Below are positions 12,720-26,173 of a stretch of DNA of 64,000 nucleotides, in pieces. The stretch is from Chiloscyllium plagiosum (lineage: Eukaryota). Where the stretch lies: assembly GCF_004010195.1 (NCBI RefSeq), contig NC_057720.1:35362771-35426770 (forward strand), in the 5' to 3' direction. Each line of letters opens with the position of its first letter. The stretch's first letter is position 1. The position numbers and the translations under genes were made by a program. Under the pieces are notes generated by a model, which made no database searches, had not been told where the DNA came from, and worked only from the letters and a program-made list of their open reading frames with translations.

Positions 12720-14690
12720 CATTACATGATACTCAATATTATGTAAGACTGGACAACATTCAGGTAAAAAAAAGTCTGATAAGTGAGTACTCCTTTTGCA
12801 TCACACAAATACCAGGTAATGACCATCTCCAACAAAAACATTTTTTAAATATTCATTTGTAGGACTTGGCCTTGGCTGACTAGCATTGATAGCCCATCCC
12901 CATTTTCCCTTGAGAAGGTGGTGGTGAGCTGTCTTCTTGAATCGCTGCAGTCCACTTGCTGTGGGTTGACCCACAATGCTGGGAGGGAGGGAATTCTGGG
13001 ATTTTGACTCAATGACTGTGAAGGAACAACAGTATATTTTCAAGTCAGGGTGGTGAGTGACTTGAGGGAAACTTGCAGGTGGTGGTGTTCACATGTATCT
13101 GCTACCCTTGTCCTTCTAGATGCAAGTGTGGGTTTGGAAGGTGCTGTTTAAGGATCTTTGGTGAATTTCTGCAATGCATCTTGTAGCTAGTATACACTGC
13201 TGCTACTAAGCGCTGTTGGTGGAGGGATTGAATGTTTGTAGATGTTGTGCCAGTCAAGCAGGTTGCTTTGTCCTGGATAGTGCTAACCTTCTGGAGTGTT
13301 GTTGGAGTTTCACCCATCCAGGGAAGTGGGGAGTATTCCATCACACTCCTGACTTGTGCCTTGTAGATGGTGGATAGACTTTGGGGTGTCAGGAATACTT
13401 GCCACAGTATCCCTTGTCTCTGATCCACTCTTGTAGTCACTGTTGTTTATATGGTGAGTCCAGCTGAGTTTCTGGTCAATGGTAACCTGAAGTGGGGGAT
13501 TCAGTGATGGTAATACCTTTGAATGTCCAGCAGTGATGGTTAGAGTGTCTCTTATTAGTGATAGTCATTGTCTGGCATTTGTGTGACAAGAATGTTACTT
13601 GCCACTTGTTGGCCCAAGCTTAGATATTGTCCAGATCTAGTTGCATTTGAACACGGACTGCTTCGGTATCTGAGGAGTCGTGAATGGTGCTGAATACTGT
13701 GCAAACATCAACAAATATCCCCACTTCTGACCTTATGATAGAGGGAAGGTCATTGATGAAGCAGCTGAAGATTGTTGGGCATAGGACACTACCCTGAGGA
13801 ACTCCTGCAGAGATGTCCTGGAGCTGAGATGACTGACCCTCTACAACCACAACCATCTTCCTTTGTGCCAGGTATAATTCTAACCAGTGGAGTGTTTGCC
13901 CCAATACCCTTTGAATCCAGTTTTGCCAGGGTTCTTTAATGCCATACTCGGTCAAATATGGCCTTGATGTTAAGGGCTGTCACTCTCACCTCAACCCTGG
14001 AATTCAGCTTTTTTGTTTGAACCAAGGCTGTAATGAGATCAGGAGCTGAGTGACCTTGGTAAAACCCAAACTGGGCGTCACTGAGCTGGCTGTTGCTGAG
14101 CATGTGCTGCTTGCTAGCACTGTTGATGACTCCTTCCATCACTTTACTAATGATGGAGAATGGACTGTTTGGGCGGTAATTGGCCGAGTTGGATTTGACC
14201 AGATATTTGTGAACAGGACATACCTGGGCAACGTTCCATATTATCGGGTAGACACTAGTGTTGTAATTGTACTGGAAGAGCTCGGCTAGGTGAGCGGCAA
14301 GTTCTGGAGCACATGTCTTCAGTACTATTGCTGGAATGTTATCTGGGACCATAGCCTTTGCAATATCCAGTACCTCCAGTGTTTCTTGATATCACATGGA
14401 GTAAATCAAACTGACTAGGGACTAGTATTTGTGATGCTGGGCAGCCCAAAATGGATCATCCACTCGGCACTTCTGATTGAAGAATATAATCAGCTTACCT
14501 TGATTTTCAATAGTATTCAATCACTGAATTTTACACTATCAATATCCTGGGGGTTGCCATTAACCAGAACTTGTACTAGACCACAAATAAAACTGGACAC
14601 TTAAATAATGCTAGTTCAAAAGACTAGGAATTCACCTTCAGTATCTCCAAAGTCCACCCACCATTTGCAAGGTACAAGTCAGGAGCATGA
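12720..14690 (+). mobile_element. Older CR1/L2-group family B fragment split into 12720-12838 and 14485-14690
   Basis: Left piece reads LDNIQ...QVMTISNK; right piece continues LTLIFN...INILGVAINQ...QVRSM. Confidence 0.6.
12840..14480 (-). mobile_element. CR1/L2-group LINE family B, RT plus 3' tail, decayed
   Basis: ORFs PDNIPAIVLKTCAPEL, NYRP, AGVPQGSVLCPTIFSCFINDLP, IYKAQVRSVMEYS. Confidence 0.85.
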
Positions 14691-14694
14691 CTGT

Positions 14695-14850
14695 TTTTTA
14701 AAATTCTTTCATGGGATGGGGGTGTCACTGACTAGGCCAGCATTTATTGTCCATCCCTATGGCCCAGAGGGCATTTAAGAGTCAACCACATGCTATGAAT
14801 CTGAAGTCACATGTAGGCCAGATCAGGGTAGAGATGGCAGTTTTCTTCCC
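14695..14850 (-). mobile_element. SINE 3' half sharing the family B LINE tail
   Basis: gagggcatttaagagtcaaccac...gtcacatgtaggccaga core also present at 16545-16600 and 32440-32490. Confidence 0.7.
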
Positions 14851-15439
14851 TGCTTGTTTTTTCACAAAATTTTTAAAAGGAAAGCAGGGTATAGACTTTG
14901 GAGGGGACACTTTGCACATCCTAGAAGATAATATCCCACCTTCCTTCTTCCCTGCATGGACTTTAAAACCCGCCCTCCATCCTAAACTGGGCAAACCTAC
15001 ACTAACCAATGGTACCTCTTATGTGTCTGGGAATCCATCAGACCTCCTGCTTGAGACTGCTTTAGCGCTGGCACCCATGACTGAGCTCTGACACTGCTGG
15101 GACTGCAAGTGAGTCCAATGAGTGGCATTTCCAGAAGTCGCATTCTCCAACAATTTAACCCACTCATGGCATATTCTGGGTGCGGGTCGGCTAGTTCCAG
15201 ACTTGGTGGCTCATCACTGATATTACCTTTGGGGGAGGGGAACTATCCGTGACTCCACCTACCAACCCTGCCCCCCACCCCCCCCAATAGATTCAGCCCC
15301 ATTTGTTGAATTCACGCCTCCTCTTGTTTGTGACTCATCAAAATTCACAGCCTATGGACTCCTTGCATCATTATATTCAAGTTCAAAATCTAACAAAGGG
15401 AACTGTAAGAAGCCAGTTAAACCATGAATGGCAAACATA

Positions 15440-16100
15440 CGCATTAGGAGCAGGACTAAACCACTCAGCTCCTTGAGCCTACAATAACATTTAATAAGAT
15501 CATAACTGATTTGATTATTCCATAATTCTGCCTACCCCAATAACCTATCAGCCTCTTGCTTAACAAGTACCAGTCTATCTCTGACATGAAAATAATCAAA
15601 GGTTCTACTTCCATCACCTTTTGAGGAAGTGTTCAAAACACTCACAGTTCTCTATAATATAAAGAACTCTTTATCTCTGACTTAAATAAGCAACCCCTTA
15701 TTTTTAAACAGTGATTCCTAGATCTTGATTATATCCACCCAATTAAGTCTTCTCTTATTCTTCTAAATCCCACTGGATACAAGCCTAGTGTGTCCAACCT
15801 CTTCTCAGAGAGGCTGTCTCTCTAAGACAACCCACCCATTCCAGGCATTAGTTCAGTAAACCTTCTCTGAACTGTTTTAAACTCACATCATTTCTTAAAT
15901 AAAGAGGCTAATATACAAAAAATCTCAAATTGCACCTTTGTCAATGCCCCGTATAACTGCAATATAGCATCCCTATTTTTGAATTTAGGTTTCCTCACCA
16001 TAAACAATAACATTCGGCTACTTTTCCTAATTACTGGCTGTACCTGCAGAATAAGGTTTTCTGATTTATGCATTAGAATACTCAGATACCCTGGCATCTA
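15440..16100 (-). mobile_element. Old CR1 3' fragment
   Basis: ORF 15888-16097 (QVQPVIRK...ILQLYGALTK) and a CR1-like 3'UTR. Confidence 0.7.
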
Positions 16101-16459
16101 AGAGAGCTGGGTTAAGCCACATACACTTTACAAAAATCATAATTATTGTAACAGTAAATGAAGGAAATAAGAGTTTCAGTTTTCTTATCTTTGACCGTAA
16201 ACACTGTGAAGAAACAAAAAATAATGGTAGTACATAGCACATGGGTTGGAGCAATCAATGACCTGCAATTCAGAATACGTATTAGATAAATATGATGCTT
16301 CACAGGATTTCTATAGAAGCCATGTCTCATCTGGAAATCTTATGCATTATTGAGTACTTTCAGAGTGACAGTCACAATTACTTTTAGAAACAGTCATTGC
16401 ATGACTGATGAAGATCATAAGCCCAGCTGGGCTGTGAATGTTCTTATTTTTGTCTTTAC

Positions 16460-16800
16460 TCTTTAATGGGACGTGAGCATCCTTGATAATGCCAGCATTC
16501 ATTGACCATCTCTCCTTCTCCTTGAATTGAGTAGCCTGCTGAGGCAGTTAAAAGTCAACACATTGCTGTGAGTCTAGAGTCACATGCAGGCCAGACCAAG
16601 CAAAGATAGCTTCTTCCCATTAATAAAACAAATTGATTTTAAAACAACCAGTGATGGTATCATCATCACCGGAATACCCTTCAAGTCTTATGTTACTTTA
16701 ATAATTGAATTCAAATACTACTAACTACCATGGTGGGTCTGAACACATTTCGTCAGAGCCTCTGGATTACTTGTGCATGACATAACCACTCTGACACCAT
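16460..16800 (-). mobile_element. Old tRNA-derived SINE (same family as 32385-32860)
   Basis: Shared core, tail and degenerate head. Confidence 0.6.
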
Positions 16801-16864
16801 CTCTCCATCTCATGATTGCAACAAAGTGTCTACATTTATCTCGATATTTCTGAATCCAACACAA

Positions 16865-17143
16865 GTGAGAGGGGAAAGATATAAAAGAGACCTAAGGGAC
16901 AACTTTTTCACACAGAGGGTGGTACGGGTATGGAATGAGCTGCCAGAGGAAGTGGTGGAGGCTGGTACAATTGCAACATTTAAGAGACATTTGGATGGGT
17001 ATATGAATAGGAAGGGTTTGGAGGGATATGGGCCGGGTGCTGGCTGATGGGACTAGATTGGGTTGGGATATCTGGTCGGCATGGACGGGTTGGACCGAAG
17101 GGTCTGTTTCCATGCTGTACATCTCTATGACTCTATGACTCTA
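16865..17143 (+). mobile_element. Young CR1 (HER1-like) short 3' fragment
   Basis: VRGERYKRDLRDNFFTQRVVRVWNELPE; (ctctatga)n tail. Confidence 0.92.
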
Positions 17144-17164
17144 AGTGGAATTTTCTAGTCTGAG

Positions 17165-17270
17165 GCCCCTGTGGTAGTATTCCTATTTCTGAGTCAGAAG
17201 GCTTGGGTTCAGGTCCCACTTGCTCCAGAGGTACGTAATACATCCATGAGGAAGTTGATTCGAAAATATC
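17165..17270 (+). mobile_element. Short tRNA-derived SINE (related copy at ~26773-26887, minus strand)
   Basis: A-box-like gtggtagtatt and B-box-like gggttcaggtccc, followed by acttgctccaga. Confidence 0.5.
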
Positions 17271-17523
17271 AGTCTTCCAGTCTGGCAAGATAAACTTTGA
17301 ATGTTCAAGGAACATGACCTTGAAAACAGGACATGAAAAAAATTATTATCATGCAGACAGGCATCACCGCACTCCTGAGAGGTCCTTCGGTGTCAGCAAT
17401 CAAATTCACAATCTCTCAACAAATGATGATCCATGATTTAAATCAGGAAATAGGCAAATATGTGAAAAGACCTTTGACTAGAAAGGATAGGCATAGTGGT
17501 AAGAAATAGTAACAGAATATTAT

Positions 17524-17815
17524 GGGTGGCATGGTGGCACAGTGGTTAGCACTGTTGCCCAACAGAGACCCGGGTTCAATTCCCGCCTCAGGCAACTGAC
17601 TGTGTGGAGTTTGCACATTCTCCCCGTGTCTGCGTGGGTTTCCTCCCACAGTCCAAAAAATGTACAGGTCAGGTGAATTGGCCATGCTAAATTGCCCGTA
17701 GTGTTGGGTGAAGGGGTAAATGTAGGGGAATGGGTCTGGGTGGGTTGCGCTTCGGTGGGTCAGTGTGGACTTGTTGGGCCGAAGGGCCTGTTTCCACCCT
17801 GTAAGTAATCTAATC
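17524..17815 (+). mobile_element. HE1-like V-SINE
   Basis: tRNA head (tggcacagtggttagc / ggttcaattcc), V-domain tgtggagtttgcacattctccccgtgtctgcgtgggtttcctcc, CR1-like 3' end, (aatct)n tail. Confidence 0.9.
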
Positions 17816-18999
17816 ACATAAAGACAAGAAATATTATATGAAGATCAGCTTTCACAATTGATGTATTTATTAATCATTTTATAACGGCTTTCATTTCTCT
17901 TTATATTTAGGATATATGTCTAATATTATCCTTTACTGAAATGATGAGAAATAGATAATACATTTGTGTTCTTGTTATTTATGAGTATTGCTAAAGCTAC
18001 TCAGTGACGTTACAGACTCTGGAGGCAGTTGGTGGAATACAATCTTTCTGCTGGAAAAGTTGTTGATAACGACCCTGCCACTTCTCATGTGCTGCTGACA
18101 ACAGATTGTCCTGTGTGCCACCTCCGCTCTTTCTTGGGTATCCTTTGATCATTGGAATGATGGATTCTTTCTTCTTCCACTTCATCTTCTGCAGATGCAA
18201 AGACTAATCCTTTCCTAACCGAAAAATTGTGCATCATTGCAGAGAACTATTTCAATTCTTGATACATTCGTTGGCAGCCCCCACACAATCCAGGCAACAA
18301 ACGTAGCCCTTCAAAAGACTGCAGTAGTTTGATCAAAATTGATGTGTGTAACACTCAAAGCTTCTTTGGCCTAGTTCTGTGTTTTCAATGTTGTTTACAA
18401 TGAATGCTGACTGATTTCTATATTGACTACAATGCTAATTTTTTTTCTAATTGGCTATTTTATTCAAAGCTAGAACTTTTAATTTAATCTAGATTGAAAC
18501 ATAACATTTCTTGGCAGATTAGTTAGCTGTTCAAAATTCAACTGTGATATCCAAACTGACAGATGGTAAATAAAATTGATATGTCTGTCTTCACCAAAGT
18601 ATGCAACCAAAATGTTAAGCTTGCATGTTACATCCAGTGAATGTTAATATGCCAACATTTTGAAAAGCTAAAATTCAGCAAACGCTTTTTTCTAAAATGC
18701 TCAATCTCCTAAAAATTAAGAGATTTGCCAAAGGATTTGTCTAATTTTCATATTTTGAAACCTCAGTTTTATCAACATCCATCAACTATCCCAAATATTT
18801 CATTAATATTCCATAAGAAAGGAAACCTGAAACCCATGCATGGTTTAGCCTGTATGTAACTCCAGCCTGAAGTGTTTCAGAGTTAACTTGGATAGCTTGA
18901 CAAAAATGAGCATAGGGCTCACGATGCATGATTAACCTACATCTGTTGCTTAAAAATCACAGGATGTTACTGTTTTGGAGATACTTTCGCCCTGAAGCT

Positions 19000-20100
19000 A
19001 TTAGAAAACACTCAAGAAAGAGAGTGGTGGTCGACGGGGACTGTACAGATCTTCTTTCAAGTAGGAAGCAGACAGCCTTCAGGCTATCCTAATGGGAGAT
19101 GGAGCTGCAAAGAGATTGCAAATCCATAGGGAAGAGGAGGTAACGGGGGCCGAGAAGCTGTAAATTGTAGAACCAACATAAGACATCAGAACCATCCACA
19201 AATGTAGGTGGGAAGAAAATGGACGAGAGGTGAAAAAAGTAGAGTCAAGCAAAGAAGAAGTGAGTTCAGTGAAGGTATAACAGGCTGAAATGACAGCTCT
19301 GCCAGGACAGTCCTGTTGACTGTGAGTGAAGAGGTCAATGACAATCCTGGAAACAACAGCTTGGCATTCAGTATGGCATCATATCAAGGAGGGACTAAGA
19401 CAAATGTTGCTTTTCTTGATGCCAGTTCATGATGAAGGATCATGTACTGGACTGTGGATGCCCCAAACAAAATTCCAAAGCAACTGTTTTTACATGCGTC
19501 TGAACTCATTCTCACTTTGAATAATTTGCCTTTAACTTGTCTCACATTTTTCCAAGCAAATGGTGTAGCTATGGGTACCCTAATATGTCCCAGTTATGCC
19601 TGTCTCTTTGTGTTGTGTTTTGAAGATTCCAAGTTCCATAATGCATGGGTCGCCTCCCACAACTCTTTCTCTGGTACTTTGATGACAACAACATAGCTGC
19701 ATTCTGCTCTTGTACAGAATTGGAAAAATTCATCAATTTTGCTCCCAATTTCCATCCTTGTCTCAGCTTCACCTGGTCCACCTCTGACTCTTCTCTTCCT
19801 CTCCTAGATTTTACAGTTTCCACTTTTGGGGATAAGCAATCCACCAATATATATTGTAAAGCCACCAACACACACAGTTACATTTACCTCATTTTCCTGT
19901 AAGGATTTCATTGCATTCTCCTAGATACTCCATTCCTCAATTTCTCCATCTGCATTGTATCTGTTCTGAATATGCCACCTTCCACAAGGATCTTCCAACA
20001 TGTCTCCTTTCTCCCCTACCACTTACTGACAAGGCCCTTACTGTGTCTGACTCAATTCCTGCATTTCCACCTTCAGCCCTTCCCCTCCCTCCCAGAACAT
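19000..20100. mobile_element. Decayed Penelope-like RT fragments: ~19000-19390 minus, ~19480-20100 plus
   Basis: QANGVAMGTLICPSYACLFV, FLWYFDD, FINFAPNFHPCLSFTW, TNIYCKATNTHSY are PLE RT motifs. Confidence 0.75.
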
Positions 20101-20399
20101 GGTTCAAAAAGGCTATGGAATGAGAAATGTATCCCCATGCCATCCATCAAAGAGAGTTTGTGGAATATTGCAGAAAGTACAAACTTGAGTGCAAACAGTG
20201 GCAGTTAGAATTTTCCTTAAGTTAAAAATCCAAACTATTAGCAAACTTTATTTATTCTCTTTGGACAATACAAATTTAATTAACTACTACTTAGAATTGC
20301 CTTAGTACCCAAAGTTTTCCAATACACCTTGAATGGCAACTTAGAAGGCAATGGAGGATATTCTTGTTCTATTAAATTCCATTGCTTTCTCCCACTTTT

Positions 20400-20700
20400 C
20401 CCTCTAAACACTAGCCAAGTTTGTAGATGACACAAAAATAGGTGGAAAGGCAAGTGGTGAGGATGGTACAAAGATTCTGCAAAAGAATTTAGAAAGGTTA
20501 AGCAAATGGGCAAAATTTGGGGACTTATGGAATACAATATCGGAAAATGAACATTATTTAATTGAAGACAAACTGCAAAAGCTCCAGAACAGAGGGATTA
20601 GGAGTCCTCTTACATAAGTCTCAGAAAGATACCATCCAAGTTCAGCAGGTAAAAAGGAAGGCAAATGGAATGCTGGTCTTTATTTTATGGGGAATGGTCA
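20400..20700 (+). mobile_element. Old CR1 RT fragment
   Basis: gccaagtttgtagatgacacaaaaataggtgg = AKFVDDTKIGG. Confidence 0.65.
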
Positions 20701-23119
20701 AGTGATTGTTCTATTAGCATTCTAGAAGGTAAAATACCTAGTAAAAGTGCAATGAATATTGTTTAATTCCTTACTAATCAATTCAAATATTTGTGCAAAA
20801 ACACCAAAGTTGTTTGCAAAGCATCCCTTTGATCTTTTGCTATATTTTGAACATATCTACTTGAATTTTGTAACAAGTAGCAGATATCATACTGATTAAA
20901 TCATTTTCTTCTATGTTTCATAGTAAGTGACATAGAGGCAGATTATACAGTTGTTCATTGCTTTAAAGTATTTCCAATTCTACTACAGTTACATGGAAAC
21001 AGCTCTAATGGTAGGGCTTGTAAATGAAGGTCCAGACTATAGATAATGGAGGGGGTTTGGAGGAGAGGACATCAGTCTTCAAAAACAAAATAGAAATTCC
21101 CATACAAGGTGTGAATTACCATTATAACAGACAGAAAATGTAATGGGGGAATTAGGCTACACAGAGCAGAAAGACTTTCTTATTGATTGGTCTAGAAATG
21201 TTTGTAAACTAGCAATAATGGCGCCGGCACTCTCCAGTCCCCTGTTAGTAATGCCACTGACCTCTAAAGCCAATTTGTATAGATTGGTACCTGCTTCTAA
21301 CACTATCTCAGGTGCAAAAAGTCTCAAAGCCCAGGCTTAGGTGTAACCTGACACTGATAATGAACTAAAACATGTCCCGTTAATGTGCAATTTATAGATC
21401 CAGTTTGGCTCCACACACACATGCACAAAGAAGGAATTCTCAGAGAAGATTGCGGAATAATGTAACTTCTACTTCATTAGTGTTTGATTTACAAAGCAGC
21501 CAGCACCCTCACTCTTCATGTAACTTTAACCTTTTGACCTCTTCAAAGCCATGGAGACAGGATAAAGGGCAAACAAATGTGGAAATCACACGACAGTCAA
21601 TTTTAAATGGGTTTTTCATATCACACTTGGGATTCTGCAGGATCTCCAAAGCTGTAAAACATTTACACATTCTCCTTGTACTTTTGAAATGCTTGTATAG
21701 GAGCTTAACTGAATGGTTTCACGTTTTAGTGAATGATGTAAAAGTGAGAACATCCCATAATATACACGAGTGTAATTTTATTAAACAATGAGATGTTCAA
21801 TCCACCATTAACTTTCAGTCCATTTCATCAGACTTATGTGGTTTAGCTCCAGTTATTTCTGAATGCTGTTACGTTTTTTAGTAATGAGTTAGGAATGATA
21901 CAAAGTGATATAGAATAAACATTGTTTAGCTTGAAATTGTCACCTTAGAAATCCCTTTCTTAGCAAAGCTATATCTTCCACCCTCTAGATGTAACATAGT
22001 AATTGTTCATTCTGCTAACACTTTGTTTGTTTCTCACTGATGCTTCCTGCAAAGGTTACATAAATAATCATCCACCATAAAATTTGCACAATACCAATTT
22101 ATAAATGCTAATGTTAATGATGCTACACCCCTCAGCAAGATAAACTCTTCGAGTTGAACTTATTAATAATAAAAACAAGAAGTGCTGGAGAAACTCTGCT
22201 GAATCTATTGAAAGAAACAAACTTAATGTTTTAAGTCCACTACGACTGCCTCTTATCAAAAAGACTAGGCTGCAGCTCGCAACCTAACAGGTGCAAGGTC
22301 ATTCACACCCCCTGAACTGTCTGCAATGCTAACTAGGAGCTTGTTACTGACAATACTTCAGATTCTCACACTGATTAGTTCTTTCTCAAATTCAGTACCT
22401 TAATTGCTGGACTAATTTGTTGATTTTATTTTCACTAATAAATGCTGTTCCAGAACTGGTTATTTAAACGTACTGCATTACCAGACAACTGTTATAACAT
22501 TTGGCATCCATCTGACAATGAGGAAAATTGCTCAGTTATGTACTGTGCACAAAATGAAAGATAAATCCAACCCAGCAAGTTGACACTCTATAGTCTACTC
22601 TCGATCATCAGCGAAGTGAGATAACAGCTCATGCCTGTCCCTATCATTGCAAGTCTGAACTGCCAGAATGTACTGTCAGTGGAAGTGGCAGGCTGGTTGA
22701 GGTGGACTGACAGATGTCAGATGTCAATATCCATGGAGGAGGAGTGAATCTTGCCCTGAATTGCAGTTTGGTCACAGACAAGGTGGAGGTAGCTCACAGC
22801 AAATGGCGAACTGATTCTGCTGGCTACACACCCTAATTACTTGTCAATTTTTCCCAATGTTGGACTTGCTTGGCGAGCTCAATCAGATGGAAGTGTGAAT
22901 ATTAATAAAACAAACTGTGGTGTTAACAAGGTATTTAACAAATGTTAATTGACATCTTGCTGTTGCTTAACAAGATCCTTATCCCATCACGTGGGAAAAA
23001 CATAAAAGTTTGGAGAGATAATCTTGACATTGTCCTTATCACCCAATTCTGCCACACAACCTGTCATAGCCCACACCACTCAGACCCCAATAAAATTCCA
23101 CCCAAAGAGTCATTATTGC

Positions 23120-23640
23120 ACAAAAGGAGGCCATTCAATCCAATACCTGAATGTTGATTCATTGTATAAGGAACCAACTTTGTACATTTCCTATTATACT
23201 TCACTAAAGCCTGAAGTTTAATCCACATCCCCTCCCTCCAAATATCCTTCAACCTCTTTTATAATCATTCATTGCCTCCATTTCCACGAGCAATGAGTTT
23301 CAGATCTTGTTCACTTTTGTAAAAAGCAGTTCTCCTTCATGTACTGACAAATCTATCCATAACCTTAAATCTGTATCCTTTCTCCTTATGCCATCAACAA
23401 ATAGGAACAGATTTTCTTTATGGACTTTACAAAACCTGCCATAATCTTGTACACCACGATCAAATCTCTCCTCAATCTCTTTTATTCTGAGGCGAACAAT
23501 CCTAGCTTCTCAAACTAAACGTTGCAGCTAAAATCTCTTGTTCCTGGAACCATTTGATTAAATCTCATTTTCACTACCTTCACGTCCTTCCTAAAAACTG
23601 GTGACCAGAATTAGATCCAATAGTCTAGCTGCAACCTTTC
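23120..23640 (-). mobile_element. Old CR1 3' fragment
   Basis: Diverged similarity to the minus-strand CR1 3' ends in this window. Confidence 0.5.
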
Positions 23641-23931
23641 CACTCCTACTAATAAATTTATATTCTCTGGATTATAAATGGTAACACCATCAATAATTTA
23701 CATTGATATTGTACTATCAAAGTAGAAAGGATCTGACATTTCTTAGAAAAGCAGAAAGAAAAGGAAAGACTGACAAAAAGGACATGGTTATGAGAACTAA
23801 CCAATAGGCTTCAGGAAGAAATGGATTTTTTGTATTTGTATCTTCAATATCATCATAAACATGGGCTCTTCTGAAGGTTGAGCTAATTCATTTAGATTTT
23901 GGTTCACCAGTGCAGGTCAACATTATGTCAA

Positions 23932-24150
23932 GTTTGGGAGTGTGGTGCTGGAAAAGCACAGCAGATCAAGCTGCATCTGAGGAGCAGAAGAATCGACCTG
24001 TCGGGCAAAAGTCCTTCATTAGGAATTTCTGATGAAGGGCTTCTGCCTGAAACATTTATTCTCCTGATCCTCGGATGCTGCTTGACCTATTGTGCTTTCC
24101 CAGCACCACACTCTTAACTCTAATCTCCAGCAGCTGCAGTCCTCACTTTT
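23932..24150 (+). mobile_element. Degenerate fold-back PLE terminal-repeat element
   Basis: gagtgtggtgctggaaaagcacagcag... versus ...tgtgctttcccagcaccacactc; core ctgatga-agggc-ttct-gcct-gaaa at 24029-24052; tgtcaag on both flanks. Confidence 0.8.
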
Positions 24151-24345
24151 GCCATATTGTCAAGGTTGGTCATCTGTCTGCTGAATTATCCAATTCCAGT
24201 AGAGCCAATCGCAGAGCATGTGTATTACTCCTACGTCAAGGAGAAGAGAAGCAATCAGATTACTGTCCCGTTATATGTACCAGAATCAAATGCTTTTAGA
24301 TGAAATTGAGAACAAGACAAGGATCATATGAACATAGAGAACATA

Positions 24346-25500
24346 CCCAGAGTGACCCGCTCCGGCCTACACCAGCCCACGTCATGTCACCCAGAGTGAC
24401 CCGCTCCGGGCTACACCAGCCCACGTCATGTCACCCAGAGTGACCCGCTCGGGCTATACCAGCCCACGTCATGTCACCCAGAGTGACCTGCTCGGGCTAT
24501 ACCAGCCCACACCATGTCACCCAGAGTGACCCACTCTGGGCTATACTAGCCCACACCATGTCACCCAGAGTGACCCGCTCCGGGCTATACCAGCCCATGC
24601 CATTTCACCCAGAGTGACCCGCTCTGGGCTACACCAGCCTATGCTATGTCACCCAGAGTGACCCGCTCTGGACTACACCAGCCCATGTCATGTCACCCAG
24701 AGTGACCCGGTCCGGGCTACACTAGCCCATGCCATGCTGCCCAGAGTGACCCACTCTGGGCTATACCAGCCCATGGCATGTCTCCCAGAGTGACCCGCTC
24801 CGGGCTATAGCAGCCCATGCCATGTCACCCAGAGTGACCCGCTCTGGGCTATACCAGCCCATGCCATGTCGCCCAGAGTGACCCGCTCTGGGCTATACCA
24901 GCCCACACCATGTCTCAGAGTGACTCGCTCTGGGCTACACCAGCCCACGCCATGTCACTCAGTATGACCCGCTCTGGGCTGTACCAGCCCATGCCATGTT
25001 GCCCAGAGTGACCCGCTCCAGGCTACACCAGCCCATACCATGTCACCCAGAGTGACCCGGTCCGGGCTACACTAGCCCATGCCAAGCTGCCCAGAGTGAC
25101 CGAATCTGGGCTATACCAGCCCATGCCATGTTGCCCAGAGTGACCCGCTCCAGGCTACACCTGCCCACACCATGTCACCCAGAGTGACCTGCTCTGGGCT
25201 ACACCAGCCCACACCTTGCCGCCCAGAGTGACCCGCTCCGGGCTACACCAGCCCACACCATGTCGTCCAGAGTGACCCGGTCCCGGCTATACCAGTCCAC
25301 ACCATGTCGCCCAGAGTGACCCGGTCCCGGCTACACCATCCCACGCCATGCCACCCAGAGTGACCTGGTCCGGGCTATACCAGCCCATGCCATGCCACCC
25401 AGACCATTCCATCCAGAGTGACCTACTCCGTGGTACACTAGCTCACCCATGTCACCCAGAGTGACCAGCTCCAGGGTTCACCAATCCATGCCATGCCGCC
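24346..25500. repeat. GC-rich minisatellite, 44-bp unit, about 26 copies
   Basis: Unit cccagagtgacccgct(c/t)gggcta(c/t)accagccca(c/t)gccatgtca; unit starts at 24346, 24390, ...; degenerates after ~25400. Confidence 0.97.
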
Positions 25501-26173
25501 ACCAAGAGCCCACTCCAATTTTCATAGGCCGACTGACCGACTCTGTAGCCAGACTGCCTCTGAAAATGCCACCACTAATCATTTGGGAGTCCATCAAAGC
25601 CACCTCCTGCCGAAGAGCTCTCTTTATCAGGTAAGAATTAGAAAAAGGGAGGACTAGAGGGAAAATGAAAAAGAAAAATACACAGACGAAGTGGACAAGC
25701 CCAGACACAGGAACCCATACATTGCCTACTTCACCCCTGCCATCCTAATTGGATTAATATATTATCAGTAAATGACAAAGAGATGGACAGGCTGCTAGTC
25801 CACCCACGGTGATGATGTTTTCACAGACTTTAATGATAAAGGGTTGAGTGTGTGTGACTTCTACAACCTGAAACCGCTTGAATCTTTTCATTTGGTGATT
25901 TTTTTTCTTATTTATATATGTGGATCTGTAGCTACTATGGAATCTGTATCTATGATTATCTGAATAATCTTAACTAAAATCCAATCTTAAGATTGTAACA
26001 TATTGGTTAAATAATTCAAGAGAAACAATTACTTACTGCAAAATGTTCTTATCTATGTAAGCAATTGCAGGTGTACATTTTACCTCAGCCAGTAATCTTG
26101 ATTAAACAGTCCTGCTAATGTTCAACTTGTTGAGACTACGTGAAGAAAATATTTTCCCAAGACTCTCTATCTA

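Noticed and set aside
17524..17600. tRNA genes at SINE heads (also 27138, 27355, 37470-37541, 38059)
   Set aside because: A/B boxes run into SINE bodies and tails; not standalone tRNAs
24346..25500. CRISPR-like array or coding repeat
   Set aside because: Units are contiguous with no unique spacers, there are no cas genes, the context is eukaryotic, and the 44-bp period with recurring TGA gives no long ORF
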